Source: Candidatus Fraserbacteria bacterium (GTDB lineage Bacteria; Bipolaricaulota; Bipolaricaulia; RBG-16-55-9; DRXL01). Taken from it: DNA of 39,709 nucleotides. The number at the start of each line of letters is the position of its first letter. Position 1 is the first letter of the stretch. Shown here piece by piece: positions 34,117-39,709 of the stretch. Both the position numbers and the translations under genes were made by a program. The stretch is from contig JBBISQ010000007.1 of NCBI GenBank assembly GCA_037441155.1, positions 1 to 39,709 on the forward strand, given 5' to 3'. The notes beneath the pieces were generated by a model, which searched no databases, was not told the DNA's origin, and was given only the letters and a program-made list of their open reading frames with translations.

Positions 34117-35297
34117 TCCCGCAGGCCCAGATAGCGCAACACCCTTGGGTCAAGCTCGTTCTGCATATCGGTCACGACCGATGCGATACTCTCTGGCGGT
34201 GTGTCGCGCCCACCCAGACCGTAGATATAGTTATACAGCACAGGTCTCTGCTGCAGATACCGTGTGAGCGCCGCAGAGATCTCTAGATACAACGGCCCCC
34301 AGCTGCCCAGTGAGATCGCGCGGTCGAGCACAGCGATGGCGCGCTTGCCCGCCAACGCCTGGGCGATCTCTGCGGCTGGGAAGGGCCGGAAGAGCCACGG
34401 CTTCAAGAGCCCGACTTTCACCCCCTTGCGCCGCAATCGGTCAATCACGACCTTGGTTGTGCCGGCCGTCGAGCTCAAGACGACCAACGCATACTCGGCG
34501 TCACTGAGCTTATACTCTTCAAAGAAGCCCCTATAGCGGCGCCCCGAGATCTCCGCGAACTTCTCTTGGAGCTCCAGCCAGACCCCCCGCGCGGCGTCCA
34601 AGGCGTCTACTTGCTGGCGCTTCAGCTCAAAGTAATAATCGGGCAAGGCAAACGGCCCCTGCGTCGTGGGATGATCCGTGTCGAGCAAGGGGTACAACGC
34701 CTCGTACTCCCCTACGAACTGGCGCACAGCCTCATCGGGGAGGAGCGCCACCGGCTCGGCGGAGTGCGTGATCGTGAACCCGTCTTGCATCACCATCACG
34801 GGGACCAGGACCCTGCGGTCTTCCGCGAGCCGCTGCGCCAGTACCATCATGTCGTAGGCCTCTTGGGCGTTCTCGGCGAAGATCTGGACGCACCCGGCGT
34901 CGCGAGCCATCATGCTGTCGGAATGATCACAGTGAATATTGATCGGGCCGGAGAGGGCGCGACTGCCCACCGCGATCACGATGGGGCAGCGCATCGAGGC
35001 CGCGATATACACAATCTCGAGCATCAGGGCTAACCCCTGCGAGCTGGTCGCGGTCATCACCCGTGCGCCCGCGCAGGAAGCCCCCACCGCCGCGCTCATG
35101 GCGCTGTGCTCGCTCTCCACGTTGATTATCTCTGTATCGCACTGGCCGTCAGCGACGAACTGCGCAAAGGTCTCGATAATAGGAGTCTGCGGCGTGATGG
35201 GATAGACGGGCACGACGTCGGGGTTGATCTGGCGCATGGCATGGGCTGCCGCCTCTGCCCCGGTGAGAAGGGTAAGCTTGGCCGTGGCTACAGGCAT
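34113..35297 (-). CDS. pyruvate/2-ketoisovalerate-type ferredoxin oxidoreductase alpha subunit
   Basis: GAEAAAHAMRQINPDVVPVYPITPQT and TATSSQGLALM. 394 aa. Confidence 0.88.
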   Translation of the reverse strand: MPVATAKLTLLTGAEAAAHAMRQINPDVVPVYPITPQTPIIETFAQFVADGQCDTEIINVESEHSAMSAAVGASCAGARVMTATSSQGLALMLEIVYIAASMRCPIVIAVGSRALSGPINIHCDHSDSMMARDAGCVQIFAENAQEAYDMMVLAQRLAEDRRVLVPVMVMQDGFTITHSAEPVALLPDEAVRQFVGEYEALYPLLDTDHPTTQGPFALPDYYFELKRQQVDALDAARGVWLELQEKFAEISGRRYRGFFEEYKLSDAEYALVVLSSTAGTTKVVIDRLRRKGVKVGLLKPWLFRPFPAAEIAQALAGKRAIAVLDRAISLGSWGPLYLEISAALTRYLQQRPVLYNYIYGLGGRDTPPESIASVVTDMQNELDPRVLRYLGLRE

Positions 35298-35611
35298 ACT
35301 TTCTCACCCGCTTTCTGCGGCGGGGGCGCCTGCGGTTCATCTTCGGCGACCATAGTAATAGCCCCCGTGGGGCAGCTCTGGGAGCAGATGCCGCACCCCT
35401 TACAGTGATCGTAGCTGAAGCCGCGCATCTGAGCGCGCTCGACAAGAATAGTCGCTTCGGGGCAGTGCACCCAGCAAAGCAGACAGTTGACGCAAAGTTT
35501 TTCATTGAAGACGGGCTTTTTCCCGGAGCGCCATCCCCCGGTTTGGACCAATTGGGGCGTGGCTCCCCCAGGGATAACCCCGCCAATAGGGAGCTCTTGA
35601 TATCGCTTCAT
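35288..35611 (-). CDS. pyruvate/2-ketoisovalerate-type ferredoxin oxidoreductase delta subunit (2x[4Fe-4S])
   Basis: CVNCLLCWVHCP and CKGCGICSQSCP. 107 aa. Confidence 0.88.
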   Translation of the reverse strand: MKRYQELPIGGVIPGGATPQLVQTGGWRSGKKPVFNEKLCVNCLLCWVHCPEATILVERAQMRGFSYDHCKGCGICSQSCPTGAITMVAEDEPQAPPPQKAGEKVCL

Positions 35612-36189
35612 AGGTGTGCCTCCCTATCGGGCTTGGCGAAGCTCTCTTGAACTGCCGCGAAGCCCGCACGCAACGCCGCGATGTTCGTCGCCAATGCTTT
35701 CTCTCCGAATGCCTGGGCGACTTCTTGCTCCATGTCTTCAAGAGATATCTCTCCGAGCACGCGCGCTAAGGCCCCAAGCATCACGACGTTGGAGAAGCGC
35801 GCGCCTACAGAGCGCGCGATCGCCTCAGCGTCAACTGTGAGAATCTTTCCTGCAAAGCCCGTCTGCCGACGCACGTCCGAAGCGCTGTGAGCTGTGTTGA
35901 TGAGCAAGATCCCCTGGCGCTTCAGGCCTTCGGTCACCCGAACTTCCTTGGCATGCAGCAGCGTTGGGTCGAGCACGACGACAATATCCGGCTCGTAGAT
36001 GCTACAGTGCAACCGAATCTCTTTGGTGTCGAGGCGATTGAACGCCTTCACCGGGGCGCCACTGCGCTCCGGGCCGTACTCGGGGAAAGACTGGGCATAG
36101 CGTCCGCGTCGGAGCGCAGCCCCAGCGAGCAATTGCGAGACCGTCTTCGCTCCCTGGCCGCCACGGCCATGCCAACGAATCTCGATCAT
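35608..36189 (-). CDS. pyruvate/2-ketoisovalerate-type ferredoxin oxidoreductase gamma subunit
   Basis: MIEIRWHGRGGQGAKTVSQLLA. 193 aa. Confidence 0.88.
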   Translation of the reverse strand: MIEIRWHGRGGQGAKTVSQLLAGAALRRGRYAQSFPEYGPERSGAPVKAFNRLDTKEIRLHCSIYEPDIVVVLDPTLLHAKEVRVTEGLKRQGILLINTAHSASDVRRQTGFAGKILTVDAEAIARSVGARFSNVVMLGALARVLGEISLEDMEQEVAQAFGEKALATNIAALRAGFAAVQESFAKPDREAHL

Positions 36190-36195
36190 CCGGCG

Positions 36196-37533
36196 TCACC
36201 CCTTGGCGAGAAACTTCGCGATCTCCTGCGCAGCGATCTTGCCGTGCCGCACAGCCTCAACGACGGTCGCTCCGCCGTTGATGCAGTCCCCACCCGCAAA
36301 GTACTGGGCGCGGCTCGTTTGAAAGTGTTCGTTCACTTTGACTAGCCCGCCTTCGATCTCCAACCCTAACGCTGTAAAGAACTCGACGCGCTTCTCTTGC
36401 CCAATGGCTTTGATCACCGTGTCGACTTCGAGAGTGAACTCGGTGCCGGGGACGGGCTCAGGGGCAGGACGACCAGACTTATCTGGTGCACCCAACTTCA
36501 TATGGATACACTCGATCTGACGGACTTTGCCGTCGCCGAGCAGGCGCACCGGCGCGGTCAACCAATAGAAGTGCACGCTCTCCTTGCGGGCCGCCTTGAC
36601 CTCGTGCTTGAACGCCGGCATCTGGTCTTCCGTGCGACGGTAGAGCACCATGACGTTGGTCGCGCCTAGGCGCACTGCTTCGCGAGCCACGTCAATTGCT
36701 GTATTGCCCCCGCCGATGATCGCAACGGTGGGTCCGATCTTGGGAGGATGCCCCTTCTTAATCTGTTCAATGAAGTCGAGGGAGTTCCAGACGCCGGGCA
36801 ACTCTTCGCCCTCAAGGCGCGCTCTCGTGTCAGCTCCCAAGCCGACCCCGAGAAAGATCGCTTGATGTCGACGCTCGAGCTCTTCAATAGAGATATCCTT
36901 GCCGACGGTCACGCCATAGCGCAGTTTCACACCCAATCGCTCGATCATGGCCACCTCAGCGGGCAAGGGGTCTTTCATCTGCTTATAGGGCGCGATAGCA
37001 GAAGTGATTAATCCCCCTGGCTCAGGCCGGCTCTCGTAGACCACGACTTCATAGCCCATCTTGGCAAGCTCGGCAGCGCAGGCCAACCCCGCCGGCCCAG
37101 CCCCAATGACCCCAACGCTCTGAGGCTTCCACGCAGGACGGGCAAAGAAGTTCATCTGATGAGCCAGGGCGATATCGGTTGCGTAGCGCTGCAATCTTCC
37201 AATGGAGACGGCGCGGCGGCCCTCCTTGGTCAGCACACACGCGCCCTCACAGAGCTCTTCGACGGGGCAGACGCGGGCGCAACTGCCCCCTAAGATATTC
37301 GCTTCAAAGATGAGCCGAGCTGCTTCCTCCGGGCGGCCCTCGCGGATCGCTCGAATGAACTGGGGAACGGGAACGCGCGTGGGACAGGCATCCATACACG
37401 GAGCGGGGGCATATGGTCCTCCGCATTCCAAACACCGGTCGGATTCGACCAGCGCTGTGGCCTCATTGAGAGGTGGATGAATCTCTTGGTAGATCGTGGG
37501 TATCGTCTCTCGCGAGCGAAGATCGACGCTCAT
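36196..37533 (-). CDS. GltD/PreT/SudA-family FAD- and NAD(P)H-dependent iron-sulfur flavoprotein (glutamate synthase small-subunit-like)
   Basis: N-terminal Cys clusters (CLECGGPYAPAPCMDACP; ARVCPVEELCEGAC). Two dinucleotide folds (VGVIGAGPAGLACAAEL; VAIIGGGNTAIDVARE). YFAGGD near the C-terminus. Confidence 0.85.
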   Translation of the reverse strand: MSVDLRSRETIPTIYQEIHPPLNEATALVESDRCLECGGPYAPAPCMDACPTRVPVPQFIRAIREGRPEEAARLIFEANILGGSCARVCPVEELCEGACVLTKEGRRAVSIGRLQRYATDIALAHQMNFFARPAWKPQSVGVIGAGPAGLACAAELAKMGYEVVVYESRPEPGGLITSAIAPYKQMKDPLPAEVAMIERLGVKLRYGVTVGKDISIEELERRHQAIFLGVGLGADTRARLEGEELPGVWNSLDFIEQIKKGHPPKIGPTVAIIGGGNTAIDVAREAVRLGATNVMVLYRRTEDQMPAFKHEVKAARKESVHFYWLTAPVRLLGDGKVRQIECIHMKLGAPDKSGRPAPEPVPGTEFTLEVDTVIKAIGQEKRVEFFTALGLEIEGGLVKVNEHFQTSRAQYFAGGDCINGGATVVEAVRHGKIAAQEIAKFLAKG

Positions 37534-37588
37534 GCGGCCCCCTTTCGTTCAAGGTCCACGGTTATCTTAGCGGGGCTTGGGGGGCTTG

Positions 37589-37610
37589 AGCCATGATTTC
37601 AATCATGGCT
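37589..37610. promoter_or_regulatory. 22-bp perfect palindrome with FNR/CRP-type core (ATGAT-N4-ATCAT)
   Basis: AGCCATGATT tc AATCATGGCT. Centred about 42 nt upstream of a transcription start inferred from a TAAGAT -10 candidate (minus strand, 37569-37564). Confidence 0.5.
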
Positions 37611-37614
37611 GTTA

Positions 37615-37628
37615 TTGATATCTATCAC
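37615..37628. promoter_or_regulatory. second FNR-type box TTGAT-N4-ATCAC
   Basis: TTGAT (37615-37619), atct, ATCAC (37624-37628): 9 of 10 matches to TTGAT-N4-ATCAA. Its centre is 22 bp from the centre of the palindrome. Confidence 0.45.
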
Positions 37629-37663
37629 AGAAAGAAGATGAGCCAAAAGTGCTGTTGGTTTGC

Positions 37664-37710
37664 AAAATAAGAAGAAAGAACAAAACGGGACGGTCTTGGG
37701 GGACCGCCCC
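37664..37710 (-). terminator. rho-independent terminator of the mini-gene
   Basis: Minus strand: GGGGCGGTC, loop CCCCAA, GACCGTCCC (one G-U pair), followed by GTTTTGTTCTTTCTTCTTATTTT. Confidence 0.7.
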
Positions 37711-37810
37711 GCGGGAAAGGGGGTTCCGACCTAGCAAGAGATCTTGCTAGGCCGCTTCCAGGGATGAGGTAGGGATGATGACGCCCTCAACGGACTCCCT
37801 GGATCAATCT

Positions 37811-38002
37811 TCACGAAGTTCTTCCCCTCCGAATCCACTCGTACCCCACCCAGCCACCGATCACAAAAGCGACCAAGAGCAAGAGAAAGACCATCTCCGG
37901 CCCATTCAACTGGTAGGGGCTCGCTTGTTGTGCCGCACCAACGTGCCCAAGCGCCAAGAGACTGATTACGCTCCCGCCAAGCACGCGCGCTGCCTTGCTC
38001 AT
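37811..38002 (-). CDS. 63-aa small secreted/membrane protein of unknown function
   Basis: Has its own near-consensus promoter, an AAAGGGGG ribosome site, a hairpin (37730-37751) and a terminator. Signal-peptide-like N-terminus (...LLALGHVGAAQQ) and a C-terminal TM helix followed by RRGR. Confidence 0.55.
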   Translation of the reverse strand: MSKAARVLGGSVISLLALGHVGAAQQASPYQLNGPEMVFLLLLVAFVIGGWVGYEWIRRGRTS

Positions 38003-38039
38003 GGGACCCCCTTTACGCTCACAAGCGTGCTATTATACC

Positions 38040-38069
38040 CCATCCCCAAAGCTAAAGTCAAGTTCAAAA
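38040..38069 (-). promoter_or_regulatory. near-consensus sigma70 promoter of the mini-gene
   Basis: Minus strand: TTGACT (38069-38064), 18 nt, TATAAT (38045-38040). Confidence 0.6.
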
Positions 38070-38116
38070 TAATCCTGATCTCTTGAGAGAATCTCGAGGG
38101 CCCTCGAAGGATGCTC

Positions 38117-39460
38117 TTATCGCCAGAGGTTCTGCTCCTCCCCCGGACCAACGGAGATCACCGAGATGGGAACTCCTAGCTCGTCCTCGATTAACTGCAC
38201 ATATCTCTGAGCTGCTCGGGGCAGCTCAGAGAACTCTCGGCACTCCGAGAGTGATTCCTCCCAGCCGGGTAGCTTCTCGTAAACGGGCTCGCACTCTTCT
38301 AAGATCTCGCAGACCGTAGGGAACTCGTGCACGACGCGCCCATGATACCGATAGCTCGTCGCCACAGGGATTTCGGCAAAGCCCGTGAGCACATCAAGCT
38401 TCGTCAGGGCGATCTCTGTGAAGCCGTTTATCATCGTGGCGTAGCGCAGCGCGACCAAGTCGAGCCAGCCGCAGCGTCGCGGACGTCCCGTCGTCGTGCC
38501 GAACTCGTGCCCCTGGGCGCGCAAGCGATCCCCCGCGCTGTCGCGAGCCTCCGTGGGAAACGGCCCATGCCCCACCCGCGTCGTGTACGCTTTCACTACC
38601 CCGACGACTCTTCCGACGCGCTGAGGAGGCACCCCGGCCCCAGAGCCAATCCCGCCAATCGTTGCCGTCGAGGACGTCACATAGGGATACGTCCCCAAAT
38701 CGAGGTCGAGCAGAGCCGCTTGAGCCCCCTCGAAGATTATATATTTGTTCTGATCCATGGCGTCGTGCAGAAGCTGCACCGTGTCAACGATGCGATCCCG
38801 AAAGCTCTCTGAGAGGGCGAGCACGTCGTCAGCGAGCGCCGAAGCCCGAAGACGCTTGATCTCGGGGCTGGCGGGCCAGAGCTTCTGATAACGCTCTAGG
38901 ACTGCCGACAGCTTCTCTGCAAATCTTTGGGGGAAGAGCAGATCGGACATCCTCAGCCCGATGCGCGCGGCCTTGTCGCGATAGGCCGGCCCAATCCCCT
39001 TGGCCGTCGTGTCCAGCAAGGACTGAGCCCCCTCTAAACGCTCAATCACCGGGTGATAGGGGAGGAGCAGATGCGCGTTCGAGCTGATATAGATCTCAGG
39101 GTCGCTGCCGCGCAGCTCGCGCAGGGCGTTCAGTTCTTGGACGAGCGCGTAGGGGTCAATGACCATACCGTGGGCTAAGACCCCAGCACAGCCCTCGTGT
39201 ATGGCCCCCGAGGGGATCAAGTGAAACTTGAACTCGTGAGTCTCAAGTTCGCGGGGTCGCGAGTTCGCGGGGTCAGACCCTTCGACCCTTCGAACTTCTG
39301 AACTTTCGAACTCGCGAACTTTACTGGTGACGACGCGATGCCCTGCATTGGTGCCCCCGTTGAAGCGCACGCAATACTGAGCATCGCGCGAGAGCAGATG
39401 TACCACTTTCCCTTTGCCCTCATCGCCCCACTGGGCTCCCAAGACAGCTACGGCAGGCAT
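38117..39460 (-). CDS. purA: adenylosuccinate synthetase
   Basis: GAQWGDEGKGKVV, GGTNAGH, GTTAKGIGPAYRDK, FEGAQAALLDLDLGTYPYVTSS, GTTTGRPRRCGWLD. Contains an in-frame ~31-codon insertion. Confidence 0.95.
   Translation of the reverse strand: MPAVAVLGAQWGDEGKGKVVHLLSRDAQYCVRFNGGTNAGHRVVTSKVREFESSEVRRVEGSDPANSRPRELETHEFKFHLIPSGAIHEGCAGVLAHGMVIDPYALVQELNALRELRGSDPEIYISSNAHLLLPYHPVIERLEGAQSLLDTTAKGIGPAYRDKAARIGLRMSDLLFPQRFAEKLSAVLERYQKLWPASPEIKRLRASALADDVLALSESFRDRIVDTVQLLHDAMDQNKYIIFEGAQAALLDLDLGTYPYVTSSTATIGGIGSGAGVPPQRVGRVVGVVKAYTTRVGHGPFPTEARDSAGDRLRAQGHEFGTTTGRPRRCGWLDLVALRYATMINGFTEIALTKLDVLTGFAEIPVATSYRYHGRVVHEFPTVCEILEECEPVYEKLPGWEESLSECREFSELPRAAQRYVQLIEDELGVPISVISVGPGEEQNLWR
39236..39328. 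repeat. GAACT/AGTTC-based imperfect palindromic repeat element, in frame within purA
   Basis: AGTTCGCGGGGTC x2 (39246-39258, 39262-39274), ACCCTTCG x2 (39277-39292), and GAACTTnn x4 with an 8-nt period (39292-39321). The arms are roughly inverted about GGTCAGACC. Translated as TSKVREFESSEVRRVEGSDPANSRPRELETH. Confidence 0.8.
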
Positions 39461-39709
39461 AGGGTCACTTCCTCGCTCGAGAGTTCGCGCACCTGATCGA
39501 GAATGCGCACGATCAGTTTACCAGATTCAGAGAGCCCCAGCACCTCAGCTTCTTGTCTTTGGGCACCGGTCACGACCGAAAAACTCTTGGGGAGCACGCT
39601 CATCCTCTGCCATTCCTCTCGCACAAAATCAAACCCCTCTGCGAGAAATCTCTCATACCCGCGGGCGAGAGCCGCCAGAGCCACCTCGAAGAACTCGTCG
39701 AGACTGATC
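39448..39709 (-). CDS. birA: biotin--[acetyl-CoA-carboxylase] ligase, C-terminal part (5' end beyond the window)
   Basis: The frame is open to the window edge (ISLDEFFEVALAALARGYERFLAEGFDFVREEW...V.V......GEA.GL.E.G.L.V), typical of the BirA C-terminal region. Overlaps the purA start by 13 nt. Confidence 0.7.
   Translation of the reverse strand, partial: ISLDEFFEVALAALARGYERFLAEGFDFVREEWQRMSVLPKSFSVVTGAQRQEAEVLGLSESGKLIVRILDQVRELSSEEVTLCLP

Noticed and set aside
29772-36345. Several 120-200-aa plus-strand ORFs (for example 29772-30326, 31257-31799, 31799-32413, 34566-35033, 35887-36345)
   Set aside because: All are antisense to the gdh and OFOR genes, which have strong family motifs. None has a ribosome site or a recognisable domain.
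39236-39328. purA insertion as a mini-intein or intron
   Set aside because: It is only ~31 codons. It lacks intein splice-junction residues (N-terminal Cys/Ser, C-terminal His-Asn plus Cys/Ser/Thr) and any group I/II intron features. It is built of short DNA repeats.

Overview
About 40 kb of a fairly GC-rich bacterial chromosome, almost fully coding and mostly housekeeping. All calls are by eye from the sequence and ORF track; no searches were run. Left to right:
- Left-edge accessory patch, visibly more AT-rich: a tail-anchored TIR protein, a DUF2283-type antitoxin and a PIN/VapC toxin, abutting tgt.
- RlpA-like protein, Lhr-type helicase, a hicBA cassette bracketed by a duplicated promoter, tatC, efp-asp23-amaP-DUF2273-nusB, and an epimerase.
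- System II cytochrome c maturation genes (tlpA/resA-like, resB/ccs1, ccsA), a HAD hydrolase, and pstS-pstC-pstA-pstB-phoU-arsC.
- Two small beta-barrel paralogs, yebC, dcd, yajC-secD-secF, holA, a DUF4384/PEGA/beta-barrel protein, and an EamA transporter.
- A ten-gene minus-strand operon: GltD-like flavoprotein, a four-subunit 2-oxoacid:ferredoxin oxidoreductase in gamma-delta-alpha-beta order, a second one in delta-alpha-beta-gamma order, and glutamate dehydrogenase.
- A stand-alone mini-gene, purA, and the 3' end of birA.

I recognised no rRNA, tRNA, CRISPR array, transposase or integrase.

Most notable observations:
1. Short palindromic DNA elements sit in frame inside essential genes (tgt, ccsA, holA, the OFOR alpha subunit, purA). 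This resembles Rickettsia palindromic elements.
2. The TIR-TM + antitoxin + PIN cassette is a candidate defence or abortive-infection module.
3. hicBA was inserted with duplication of the tatC promoter.
4. Both pst promoters share the bipartite motif CTTAAG-N7-CTATATAG.
5. Two FNR/CRP-type boxes lie upstream of the oxidoreductase operon.
6. PstA carries two PDZ-like domains in a periplasmic loop.
7. The EF-P loop lacks the usual Lys/Arg tip.
8. Several genes have -10 boxes 8-10 nt from the start codon, implying leaderless mRNAs.
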